From Sphingobacteriia bacterium (lineage in GTDB: Bacteria; Bacteroidota; Bacteroidia; Bacteroidales; TTA-H9): 49,491 bases of DNA. This document shows, one piece after another, positions 9,743 through 19,264 of the stretch (the stretch's first letter is position 1; each line of letters starts with the position of its first letter). The notes under the pieces were generated by a model that saw only the letters and a program-made list of their open reading frames with translations, had not been told where the DNA came from and did no database searches. The translations under genes and the position numbers were made by a program. The stretch spans positions 1 through 49,491 of the forward strand of contig JAJTBW010000003.1 of NCBI GenBank assembly GCA_021286705.1, read 5' to 3'.

Positions 9743-10642
9743 TTGAAGCCATCAGCACACGTCTATACCCTCATTATCTTCTCGATGATCTTCTGGGGTA
9801 TCTCATTTGTTTGGACTAGAATTGCCTTAGGGGAGTTGCAACCTATTGCTTTGGTTTTTATCCGCTTGGTTAGTTCCTCCGCCATTTTACTAATTGGCTT
9901 AAAGCTTATTAATAAACTTGAGTTCATAAAAAAAGAAGATCTAAAACACTTTCTAATAGCCTCCTTCTTTAACCCTTTCCTCTATTTCCTTGGAGAAACC
10001 TTCGGTATAAAGTATACTAGTCCGATTATTAGCGCCGTACTTATCTCAACCATCCCCGTATTTACACCTGTTGCAGCCTTTCTCATATTGAAAGAACGAT
10101 TGACCATTCTAAACATACTGGGGCTTTTCATCTCCTTTTTTGGTGTATTAGTCATGCTTGGCTTTCAAAGTGGATCAGACGGAAACAGTATAATTGGAAT
10201 ACTATGCTTACTATTTGCCGTCTCAGCAGCCATTGCCTATTCAATTAAACTCAAGAGGCTATCCTCAACTTATGGACCCTTTTCAATTGTAGCATGGCAA
10301 AACATGATTGGAAGTCTGATGTTTCTACCATTCTTCCTAATATTTGATTTGAATTCAACATTGTCTGCAGCCTTTTCGGCTAAAGTGTTAGGATCAATCA
10401 TTCTACTGGTTGTGTTTGCCTCATCATTGGCTTTTATCTTTTATACCAAAGTGAATAGTATACTAGGTGTGAGCAGGACAGCAGTTTTCACCAATTTCAT
10501 CCCGGTATTTACCGCTCTCTTCTCTTGGATGATATTAGATGAGGAACTTTCACTTCAAAAAGCTACGGGTATGGCTCTAGTCATTGGAGGAGTTTTTCTA
10601 ACTCAAATCAAGGGTTTTAACCTTAAATTAGGAAGTAGATAA
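9743..10642 (+). CDS. DMT/EamA family transporter
   Basis: About 10 TM helices, FWGISF, PVFT...LKER twice-repeated EamA pattern; ORF-track start 9728 overlaps a TACTTTTG -7 box (9723-9730), so TTG 9743 is preferred. Confidence 0.9.
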   Translation: MKPSAHVYTLIIFSMIFWGISFVWTRIALGELQPIALVFIRLVSSSAILLIGLKLINKLEFIKKEDLKHFLIASFFNPFLYFLGETFGIKYTSPIISAVLISTIPVFTPVAAFLILKERLTILNILGLFISFFGVLVMLGFQSGSDGNSIIGILCLLFAVSAAIAYSIKLKRLSSTYGPFSIVAWQNMIGSLMFLPFFLIFDLNSTLSAAFSAKVLGSIILLVVFASSLAFIFYTKVNSILGVSRTAVFTNFIPVFTALFSWMILDEELSLQKATGMALVIGGVFLTQIKGFNLKLGSR

Positions 10643-10684
10643 AGATAAAATCACAGGTAAAAAATCGCAAAAAGCATAAAAAGG

Positions 10685-10715
10685 CTTGTAGAATAAAAAC
10701 AAATTTGTAATTTTG
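10685..10715 (+). promoter_or_regulatory. tRNA promoter (-33/-7)
   Basis: CTTG-N19-TAATTTTG. Confidence 0.75.
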
Positions 10716-10732
10716 CACTCCTCAAAACCCTT

Positions 10733-10809
10733 GGCGGGGTAGCTCAGTTGGTTAGAGCGTCGGATTCATAACCCGGAGGTCACGAGTTCAATTCTCGTCC
10801 CCGCTACCA
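10733..10809 (+). tRNA. tRNA-Met (CAT), probably elongator
   Basis: Acceptor GGCGGGG/CCCCGCT, D-arm AGCTCAGTTGGTTAGAGC, loop TTCATAA, T-loop GTTCAATT, encoded CCA; G1 paired so not initiator-like; tRNA-Ile2 not strictly excluded. Confidence 0.92.
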
Positions 10810-10811
10810 AG

Positions 10812-10851
10812 ACAGGACAAATGAAATATATTTCGTTTGTCCTGTTTTTTT
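10812..10851 (+). terminator. Intrinsic terminator after tRNA
   Basis: acaggacaaatgaaa...tttcgtttgtcctgt plus T-run. Confidence 0.85.
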
Positions 10852-10998
10852 ATGTTGAAATTCATTGCTTATCTACTACTATTTGTTCAATGATTGAATG
10901 GATAAGCAGGTAGAAATGTAAAAAAATTAGATTAGTGGTAATAGAGATATACTGGCGATAAATCAGACTGAATTTCCATGCCATGGGTTTTAATCCGA

Positions 10999-11364
10999 TT
11001 AAGCAATCATTTCATTTACCTTCTCCAGAAATTCACTTATAGAAAACGGCTTATGAAGCACCTGCTTATAGCCTATGACTTGTACCATCTTTAAGTAATC
11101 ATTTGACCCAATTCTTCCACCACCTGACATTACAAGAACTGGGAAAGTGTGACCAGAGTCTTTAAGACTAAAAAGCAGCTCGAAACCATCAGAATCGGGC
11201 ATGATAATATCAGTGACGAGCAAGTCGGGCTTAACAGTTGTAAGTAATTGCATTGCCTCCAGACCATCCTGAGCCTCATAAACAGAAAAACCTTCACGCT
11301 CTAAGACATCTCGTAATCCCTCTCGAACCATCTTTTCATCCTCAACCAGAATAATCGTTTTCAT
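10999..11364 (-). CDS. Single-domain response regulator (CheY-like)
   Basis: ILVEDE, PDLLVTDIIMPDSDG, VMSGGG, LHKPF; no output domain. Confidence 0.9.
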   Translation of the reverse strand: MKTIILVEDEKMVREGLRDVLEREGFSVYEAQDGLEAMQLLTTVKPDLLVTDIIMPDSDGFELLFSLKDSGHTFPVLVMSGGGRIGSNDYLKMVQVIGYKQVLHKPFSISEFLEKVNEMIA

Positions 11365-11657
11365 TGTAAAAAAGTTTATTAAATAAAAGTGTAATTTCCC
11401 TATCTAAAATCAACAGCAGATAACCTTAATAGAAAAAACATCCAAGTAATCTACATAACAAATATATAGAACTCCACTAATAAATTGCAGTAATATTTAA
11501 TTAATCCGAAAAAGATCTCTCTTCCAAATAAGTCACAAACTGAAATTCTTAGTCGAGAATGACAGATGACCCAAAACAGAAATAGACCTAAAAAGACAAA
11601 TCACTTGTATGATCATACAAATCAATGTCTTAATAGATCTATTCCTTATAAAATCAC

Positions 11658-12845
11658 CTATTTAGGTCTTCTTTCGTAACTTCCATATTTAACAATAACG
11701 GTATCTTTTACCATCCATTCACCTCTCGCCATTGTACTGATCAGAGAAAGATCGTCAGGTTTAAGAAGAAGAAGATCAGCATCAGCCCCAGAGGTCAATC
11801 GCCCCTTACTATTAAGCTTTAGGATTTTTGCCGGATTAAGGGTAACAGGTAACAAGGCTAAATCTAATTTCATTCCTTCATAATGAACACAGTCTGCCAT
11901 CTCCTTTAAATTTGAGTGAGGAGTTGCAGTTACCATACTGGTCAACTCGCCTGTCACAGGGTCAAAGCCGGGAAGAGAACCGCCGGCATCACTGGTAAAA
12001 GTAACATGCTCAGCAGGTACGCCTGAATCGATGAGCAATTTATAGGCTTTACTGGGTTTAATCTCCTCATCCTGATAATATGGATAGCTGGAGGTTGTTA
12101 TATCTACAAATCCTTTTACGCCATAGGACTTAGCATCTTCGAAAATCCACTCATTACGATTACAGTGAGTGGGAAGGAATTGTCTGAACTGAAGCATACT
12201 CTCATTTACCGCCTTATAAATCGGAGCAAACGGTTCTTTGGCATCTCCCATATGAAGATTCACAATTCCTGCTTTTCCACCAAGCATACCTCCTACCCTA
12301 GCATGTGCCGCAAGTCTGATCAGCTCAGCTGTAGGCGGAACAGACGAACGATGATCAGAGATAGCCACTTCGCCAACCCCAATCACTTCTTGAATCATTG
12401 AAATATCCTTAGAAACATCGCCTAGAATGGTAGGAGTTGGATGTTGATATGAACCGGTATAAATCCAAACAGATAAGCCCTCAGCATTAAGACCTTTTGC
12501 TCGCATAAGTACTGACTCAACAGTTCTGGTAACCCCATCGGTTCCCAGACAACCAATAATCGTAGTAACACCAGCTGTGGTATAATCGCTTAATTGAAGT
12601 TCTGGAGTACGTGACGCTGGGCCTCCTTCCCCCCCAGCTCCGGCTATATGTACATGCGCATCAATCAGCCCAGGTACAACTATCATTCCCTCAGCATCAA
12701 TCACCTCGACATCTTCCAAATTGATATTTATATGCTCTGAGATCTGCAGGATTTTATCACCACCTATCAGGATGTCCTTTTTTCCAAGATAAGAGGGAGA
12801 ATAAACTTCACCCCCTTTAATAAGTTTCACTAGATTTTTATGCAT
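11658..12845 (-). CDS. iadA: Isoaspartyl dipeptidase / beta-aspartyl peptidase (amidohydrolase superfamily)
   Basis: DAHVHIAGAGGEGG, GCLGTDG, TGSY, GEVAISDHRSS, NLHMG, PTHCNR, TSDAGGSLP; start moved to ATG 12845 (MHKNL); no signal peptide. Confidence 0.93.
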   Translation of the reverse strand: MHKNLVKLIKGGEVYSPSYLGKKDILIGGDKILQISEHININLEDVEVIDAEGMIVVPGLIDAHVHIAGAGGEGGPASRTPELQLSDYTTAGVTTIIGCLGTDGVTRTVESVLMRAKGLNAEGLSVWIYTGSYQHPTPTILGDVSKDISMIQEVIGVGEVAISDHRSSVPPTAELIRLAAHARVGGMLGGKAGIVNLHMGDAKEPFAPIYKAVNESMLQFRQFLPTHCNRNEWIFEDAKSYGVKGFVDITTSSYPYYQDEEIKPSKAYKLLIDSGVPAEHVTFTSDAGGSLPGFDPVTGELTSMVTATPHSNLKEMADCVHYEGMKLDLALLPVTLNPAKILKLNSKGRLTSGADADLLLLKPDDLSLISTMARGEWMVKDTVIVKYGSYERRPK

Positions 12846-12930
12846 ATAGGATTTATTTTTTAACAACTCATAAACACTTTTAAAAATAGTGTATTTTAAC
12901 GATCTTATATAAAAACTTAAAATAAAAACA

Positions 12931-14925
12931 ATGTTCACTAAAGTTAAACTTAACGTTATCAGACCATATCGAATACTTCTTGGTTTGGTTCTAGTGTCAG
13001 TAATTCACATTAACTCTTATTCTCAGGGTAGATTTTTGATTGTTGGAGGGGGCAATGAAAAAGAGACTACCAATAGTTGGAGCACGCCTGCATACAAATG
13101 GGCTGCTGAGGGGAAAAGAGTTGCCATCATCTCGACATCAGGAAGTGGTTATCCAGACTACTTTAAGAATTGGTGCAATGCCAAAGATGCAAAAGACTTC
13201 ATTGTAGCCAATAGCACTACGGCGAATCAACCCGCCTTATATGACTCCTTAACAACCTACCAAGTAATCTTCTTTGCCGGTGGAGATCAATGGGACTATT
13301 ATTCTCAATACAAAAACACAAAACTAGAAGAGGCCGTAAACGCCGTGTACATTTCAGGCGGGACAATTGGTGGAACCTCAGCCGGAATGCACATTCTTTC
13401 AGAGACCCTCTTCACTGCCGAAAACGGTACCGTTTACCCTGATGAATGCATCATCGATCCAAAAAACAAATATGTTAAACTAGCCAATGATCTCTTCAAT
13501 TTTTTCCCCGATCTGATTTTTGATACCCATATGGCAGAAAGAGGGAGAATGCCTCGATTGATCTCATTTGTTGCTAACAAAGCCCTAACTGACAATACGA
13601 AAATCATAGGACTTGGTCTGGATGACATGACATGCATGACCATCGATGAGTTTTCAGTCGGGACAGTATACGGAACGGGGGTAGCCACAATCGTTAAAAG
13701 TGAGCCAAGCAATTTTACCCAAAATGATGGAAGGTTAATTTCCGATAACGTCAGGATCACCCAACTTCTTGAAGGATCTACCGTAAATATGAAAACAATG
13801 GAGATCCTTACCCAAAACATGTCATTAACAATCACCCCAAAAACCAAAGGAGAAAATAGCTTATTGACCATTGTTGCAGGAGGAGAGGGATCAAATGGTA
13901 ATAACAATACTTTATTAGACTTCTGGGCAAAATTGGCAGCACCTTCCCAAACTACTTTGATTATCACAAAGGAGGTCAATGCTTATGTTACAGATCTAAA
14001 GAATAAAGTAGAACAACTGACTGGAAAATCTGCTATAGTGGTAATAGCATCAACAACCAATGGAAGTTCAACAACAGTTTTATCACAAATACTCTCATGT
14101 GGAAGAGTAATTTTTACTGAGAATGAAGATAATATAGCATCAACCTTCCTTCAATCCGAGAATGGACAAACACTACTAAACCAGATTAAAAGTCAAAACT
14201 TGCCGGTTGCCTTCCTAGGTTCAGATGCCAGATTCATTGGAAAATCGGTCGTAACAAACCTAGAGACCGAATATGCATCTTATGATGGAAAAATGAATTT
14301 CCTGCCCGGAATCGGACTATTATCAAACACCGTAATAATTCCGGAGACCTTCAGCAATTCTGATTTTTATGAGAATACAATTACCGCTTTGCCCTACGCT
14401 ATGATTCTTGATTCACTGCAATATGGCATTTGGTTAACGGGTGATAATTACGTATGCTACTCGACTAACGGATCAAAAGCAACCTTACTAGGTGGAGGGA
14501 AAGCCCCAGTCCTTCTTTTAACTAACAATGGTGATATTATTGCAGATTTTAGTTCAAAAACAGCCAATGGAAGTACCAGCATTAAACCTAGGCAAGTCGC
14601 TGGTTTTTCAGAGATGACCTTTACCTCGTTTGATGATTCTAAAGAGATTACAGTTGGAAACAGTGTAGCCATTGAAAACATTGAAAAAGATCATAATCCA
14701 ATTTCTATTACAGTAATTGATAATGAAGTGACATTCTCAGAGATATCATTACCATTTAGCTATAGACTAATTTCAATAGATGGAAAACTCATTGACTCGG
14801 GAATAAGTTACATGCCTCATATATCGATTCCAAGAAATGCTTTAACTTCACCCCAAGTTATTTTGTTAAATGTCTCTTACGGAAAAAACACTCAGACCTT
14901 TAAACTCATTTTCCCGACAAAGTAA
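12931..14925 (+). CDS. Secreted cyanophycinase-family (peptidase S51) protein: active domain + degenerate duplicate + T9SS-like C-terminal domain
   Basis: Signal peptide ending SYS|Q; LIVGGG, FFAGGDQ, GGTSAG (Ser150), DTHMAERGRMPRL (His200), GLDD; second copy from ~aa311; C-terminal ISIDGKLI...LLNV....TQTFKLI. Confidence 0.85.
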   Translation: MFTKVKLNVIRPYRILLGLVLVSVIHINSYSQGRFLIVGGGNEKETTNSWSTPAYKWAAEGKRVAIISTSGSGYPDYFKNWCNAKDAKDFIVANSTTANQPALYDSLTTYQVIFFAGGDQWDYYSQYKNTKLEEAVNAVYISGGTIGGTSAGMHILSETLFTAENGTVYPDECIIDPKNKYVKLANDLFNFFPDLIFDTHMAERGRMPRLISFVANKALTDNTKIIGLGLDDMTCMTIDEFSVGTVYGTGVATIVKSEPSNFTQNDGRLISDNVRITQLLEGSTVNMKTMEILTQNMSLTITPKTKGENSLLTIVAGGEGSNGNNNTLLDFWAKLAAPSQTTLIITKEVNAYVTDLKNKVEQLTGKSAIVVIASTTNGSSTTVLSQILSCGRVIFTENEDNIASTFLQSENGQTLLNQIKSQNLPVAFLGSDARFIGKSVVTNLETEYASYDGKMNFLPGIGLLSNTVIIPETFSNSDFYENTITALPYAMILDSLQYGIWLTGDNYVCYSTNGSKATLLGGGKAPVLLLTNNGDIIADFSSKTANGSTSIKPRQVAGFSEMTFTSFDDSKEITVGNSVAIENIEKDHNPISITVIDNEVTFSEISLPFSYRLISIDGKLIDSGISYMPHISIPRNALTSPQVILLNVSYGKNTQTFKLIFPTK

Positions 14926-15030
14926 GAGACTATTCCTGAAAGACTGCCGCTCGATAGTCAAGTTTCGACACCTAAAATGATATCTGATAAAATCACCTTT
15001 ACTCAGTACACACCACACAAAATGCTTAGA

Positions 15031-16281
15031 ATGAAAAAGCTAACAATACTATTATTTATCATCACTTATGTCTCTTCATATAATCTAATTGCGCAAAATG
15101 GGCACCTGATGATCGTCGGAGGGGCATTAGAGGACACTAACCAAGCTATCTACAAGCGAATGCTGGAACTTGCAGGAGGACCAACCCAGGCAAAGATTGC
15201 TATCATACCAAGTGCCAGCGGATATGCTACTACAGGACCTCAGATATTTGCCAATAACTGCATTAAATTCGGAGCCTTACCTTGGAATTGTGAAATCATT
15301 CAAATTGCATGCGTTGATGATCCGGACACTAAAGAGATAGATGAATCTACATGGGCATCAAATGCCAATAATCCCGAAATAGTTCAAAAGATCAAGGAGA
15401 GTAACCTTGTTTGGTTTACCGGTGGTGATCAGATGAGGACAATGAAACTCTTGATTCCAAATGGAAAACCTACGCCTGCATACGAAGCAGTTGTAGATGT
15501 TCTTAACCGTGGCGGTGTAGTTGCCGGATCTAGTGCCGGAGCAGCTATACAAAGCATCGTAATGATAGGTGGAGGAACCTCTTTAGGAGCTATAATCAAT
15601 GGCGAAGCTAGTTCTATCGAGATGACAGAAGAACCCGATCATGAAGGCATCTACTTAACAAAAGGCTGTGGTTTCTTTCCATACGGCATTGTTGACCAGC
15701 ACTTCAGTCAGCGGGCTAGACTAGGCAGATTAACATTAGCAGCATGGCTAAACAGAGAAAAATGGAGTCAGGCAATAGGAATTGATGAAGACACAGCCCT
15801 AGAGGTAGATTTAAAGAATGGAACTGGAATGGTATGGGGAAGAAATCACATTCTTGTAATTGACTTAAAACAGAGTCAAGGAATAAAGAACGATCAAGGA
15901 TACTCTTTCAAAAATGTCTCACTATCAATCTTACAACAAGGAGATGAAATCGATCTTAAACAAGGACAAATTACTATAGCCAAAGATAAAACACTATTAA
16001 AAAAAGAGACAAAAGACAAGAGAACCAGCTTTATTCAAACAGGTGCCCTTGGTGGCGATGGCTATTCACTTATTGACATGGTTGGAGAAATTATAACACA
16101 TAGTGAAGAAGAAGAGACTTTAAACAATTTAACACTGATTAGTCAAGATACGGCTGTACAATTTAGTCTTAAGAATACAAAAGAGACTCTTTTATATCGT
16201 TCAACCAAACAAAAGAACCGTTTCTCGGTTACTCATCTATCATTTGACATCACACCACTAAAAATTAAAGTTCTTAAATAG
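15031..16281 (+). CDS. Exported cyanophycinase (CphE-like, peptidase S51)
   Basis: Signal peptide MKKLTILL...LIA|Q; LMIVGGA, IIPSAS, VWFTGGDQ, AGSSAGAAI, VDQHFSQRARLGRL, GIDEDTAL give a complete Ser-His-Glu triad. Confidence 0.92.
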   Translation: MKKLTILLFIITYVSSYNLIAQNGHLMIVGGALEDTNQAIYKRMLELAGGPTQAKIAIIPSASGYATTGPQIFANNCIKFGALPWNCEIIQIACVDDPDTKEIDESTWASNANNPEIVQKIKESNLVWFTGGDQMRTMKLLIPNGKPTPAYEAVVDVLNRGGVVAGSSAGAAIQSIVMIGGGTSLGAIINGEASSIEMTEEPDHEGIYLTKGCGFFPYGIVDQHFSQRARLGRLTLAAWLNREKWSQAIGIDEDTALEVDLKNGTGMVWGRNHILVIDLKQSQGIKNDQGYSFKNVSLSILQQGDEIDLKQGQITIAKDKTLLKKETKDKRTSFIQTGALGGDGYSLIDMVGEIITHSEEEETLNNLTLISQDTAVQFSLKNTKETLLYRSTKQKNRFSVTHLSFDITPLKIKVLK

Positions 16282-16340
16282 ACCATTGACATTGCAAGCT
16301 AACGCAACAGAATAAGATAACTATCACCAATTTAGCTTTT

Positions 16341-19247
16341 ATGAATTATAAATTATTAACACTAATTGCTGTTATCCTATTTCCGCTTATCAGCTGGGGA
16401 CAGGATATAACTGTGAATGGCACAGTTACTTCGGCAAAAGACCAAACCCCTATACCAGGGGTTACGATTCAATTAAAAGGTACGGTGCGTGGAACAACCA
16501 CCGATATTAACGGACTCTTCCAGCTAAAAGTACCGGGAAATGGCATTTTGGTCATTTCGATGGTTGGAATGGAAAAACAAGAAGTTTCGGTTAATAACCA
16601 AACTACTATTAAAGTACAGATGACAGATGAAGCGGTTGATCTTGGCGAGGTCGTTGTTGTTGGATACTCAACAACAAGCCGTAAGTTAGTCACTGGTTCT
16701 GTTGGAGTTGTAGGAAGTGAGCAGATTAAAAACACTCCCCTAAGAACTATTGACGGAGTTCTACAGAGTAAGACCTCAGGAGTTCAAATTAACCAGAATT
16801 CCGGAACACCAGGGTCAGCAATGTCAATCAGACTTAGAGGTGGAAGCTCAATTAATGCAAGTAATGCGCCTCTGGTTGTAATCGATGGAATTCCTGTAAT
16901 TACAGGCGATTTCAGTCAAGTAGGTTTCGAAGGACAAGGTATTAATGCCCTGAGTGATCTTAACCCCGGAGACATTGAATCATTTACTGTTTTGAAAGAT
17001 GCTTCAGCGACTGCTATTTATGGTTCGAGAGGATCAAATGGCGTTATTTTAATTACAACAAAGAAGGGGCAAATAAAGAAGACGGATGTTGACATCTCAA
17101 TGTCATACGGATTCCAGACCTTCCCATGGGAGAGAAGACCAAAGCTCCTAAATGCAGCCCAGTACAATGAAGTTATGGGCACTAATGTTCAGGGAATTGA
17201 TACCGATTGGTTGAAGGAGGTGTTACAAACAGCACCAACAATGAACACAGAATTATCAATTTCGGGAGGCGACCAGAAAACGAGATTCTACATGTCAGGT
17301 AACTATTATAATCAGGATGGTATCGTAAAGGGAACAGATTATGAACGTTTCAGTGGCAGATTAAATCTTGATCACACCATCAATAATCGTTTCACAGTTG
17401 GTGGAAATCTTGCTGTTACCTATTCAAAAAATAATCGTGTTGAAGGTGACCAATCCATAAATGGGCCACTACCCAATGCTATCGCTCTTCCTGCTATCTT
17501 CCCGGTGTATGATGCAAACGGCAACTACGATGAAACAGGGCCTTACGCCAATCCAGTAGCCATTGCAAATGAAACAGTGAATCAGGCTTTCACAAACAGG
17601 ACAAATGGTAACATCTACTTGGATGCAAAAATCATTGAAGGACTAAGTTTCAACACAAAGTTAGGTGCCGATGTATATACACTCAGAGAGCACACCTACG
17701 ACCCTGTACTTACCAGACAAGGTAAGAAATACAACGGACTAGGAATCGAAGGAAATTCAACAGTGACCAATATTGTTAGCAATAATGTACTACAATATAT
17801 TACACAGATTAATGAAAAGCATAACATTGACGCATTAGCGGGTTATAGTTTTGAAAAGTACGCTCGTCGCTCAAGCTACATAGAGGCTATCGATTTCCCC
17901 AATGAAGATTTCCAATATATCACATCAGCTGGTACTATCAGAGCTGCCTCAACCAGTGCTACTGATAGAGGTATGAATTCCTGGTTTGGACAATTCAAAT
18001 ACAATTATGATTACAGATATCTTATTCAGGTAACAGCCAGATATGATGGTTCTTCTAAATTCGGAGAGAACAACCAATATGGTTTCTTCCCCGCCGTATC
18101 ATTAGGTTGGCGCTTATCACAAGAGAAATGGATGAAACAATATTCAAAACTGAATGATCTAAAACTGAGAGCAAGCTGGGGGGTAACTGGTAATGATGGT
18201 ATTTCCGATTTTGCCTCATTAGGGCTCTATAGCGGAGGCGCTAACTACAATCAAGGATCTGGTATTTATCCATCTCAACTTCCTAACCCTGACTTAAAAT
18301 GGGAGACCACTAATCAATTAGGAATTGGCGTTGATCTTGCTGCATTTAACAATCGACTCACTGTTACAGTTGATGCTTACCTCAACAAGACCAAAGACCT
18401 ATTACTTGATAGACCTTTACCTCCATCATCTGGGTTTACTACCATCACAAGTAACATTGGGGAATTGGAAAACAAAGGGTTAGAAATAACTATTAACACC
18501 GTCAACCTCAACGGCGAGTTCAAATGGGAGAGTAATTTTAACTTCACAATGAATCGTAATAAGGTTACAAAACTTTACAACGGTGAGCCTATACCAGAGG
18601 TAGGTCGTGGTTCAAACTCAGTTCGTGAGGGTGAAGCAATTGGCGTGTTCTGGGGCTTTAATTGGCTTGGAGTAGACCCAACTACCGGTGAATATGTCTA
18701 TGAAGATGTTAATAAAGACGGACAACTAACCGATGCTGACAAGATGGTTATTGGTGACCCCAATCCCGATTTCTATGGTGGCTTCTCAAACAACTTTAGT
18801 TATAAAGACTTTGAGTTGAATGTACTTCTGAGTTACAACGTTGGTAACGATATTTTCAATGGAATGAGGATTTATGCTGAAGCTATTTCAGGGTCAGATA
18901 ACCAGTTAACAACTGTTCTTGACCGCTGGCAGAAACCAGGTGATATAACGAATATGGCAAAAGTCGGTGATAGCTATGCATCCTCTAGACTTCTTGAGGA
19001 TGGATCATTCTTGAGGATAAAAAATGTTACACTGGCATATAAGTTCCCTAAATCAATCGTATCTAAGTTGCACCTCAGAAATGCCAGAGCTTTCTTTACA
19101 ATACAAAACCTGTTCACCTTTACCAACTATTCGGGCATGGATCCGGAAGTTAACTATGCAGGAGATGATAACCTTCGTAGAGGAACAGATTTCTACACCT
19201 ATCCCCAATCCAGAACATTTATGGCTGGTTTAACATTAGGTTTTTAA
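16341..19247 (+). CDS. susC: SusC/RagA family TonB-dependent transporter
   Basis: N-terminal CarboxypepD_reg-like domain, EVVVVGY, DIESFTVLKDASATAIYGSRGSNGVILITTKKG, PDLKWETT, C-terminal Phe. Confidence 0.97.
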   Translation: MNYKLLTLIAVILFPLISWGQDITVNGTVTSAKDQTPIPGVTIQLKGTVRGTTTDINGLFQLKVPGNGILVISMVGMEKQEVSVNNQTTIKVQMTDEAVDLGEVVVVGYSTTSRKLVTGSVGVVGSEQIKNTPLRTIDGVLQSKTSGVQINQNSGTPGSAMSIRLRGGSSINASNAPLVVIDGIPVITGDFSQVGFEGQGINALSDLNPGDIESFTVLKDASATAIYGSRGSNGVILITTKKGQIKKTDVDISMSYGFQTFPWERRPKLLNAAQYNEVMGTNVQGIDTDWLKEVLQTAPTMNTELSISGGDQKTRFYMSGNYYNQDGIVKGTDYERFSGRLNLDHTINNRFTVGGNLAVTYSKNNRVEGDQSINGPLPNAIALPAIFPVYDANGNYDETGPYANPVAIANETVNQAFTNRTNGNIYLDAKIIEGLSFNTKLGADVYTLREHTYDPVLTRQGKKYNGLGIEGNSTVTNIVSNNVLQYITQINEKHNIDALAGYSFEKYARRSSYIEAIDFPNEDFQYITSAGTIRAASTSATDRGMNSWFGQFKYNYDYRYLIQVTARYDGSSKFGENNQYGFFPAVSLGWRLSQEKWMKQYSKLNDLKLRASWGVTGNDGISDFASLGLYSGGANYNQGSGIYPSQLPNPDLKWETTNQLGIGVDLAAFNNRLTVTVDAYLNKTKDLLLDRPLPPSSGFTTITSNIGELENKGLEITINTVNLNGEFKWESNFNFTMNRNKVTKLYNGEPIPEVGRGSNSVREGEAIGVFWGFNWLGVDPTTGEYVYEDVNKDGQLTDADKMVIGDPNPDFYGGFSNNFSYKDFELNVLLSYNVGNDIFNGMRIYAEAISGSDNQLTTVLDRWQKPGDITNMAKVGDSYASSRLLEDGSFLRIKNVTLAYKFPKSIVSKLHLRNARAFFTIQNLFTFTNYSGMDPEVNYAGDDNLRRGTDFYTYPQSRTFMAGLTLGF

Positions 19248-19264
19248 CTTTAAATTGAAAGACA

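Noticed and set aside
9743-10642. EamA transporter as the inner-membrane beta-Asp-Arg carrier of the locus
   Set aside because: Separated from the locus by a tRNA and another gene, has its own promoter, and nothing in the sequence indicates substrate; the locus has no identifiable inner-membrane transporter
12846-12938. N-terminal extension of IadA in the ORF track (and similar extensions at 14977, 37001, 40698, 46235, 48192)
   Set aside because: Extensions overlap neighbouring genes or promoter boxes, or precede the obvious signal peptide or family start; downstream ATGs were chosen
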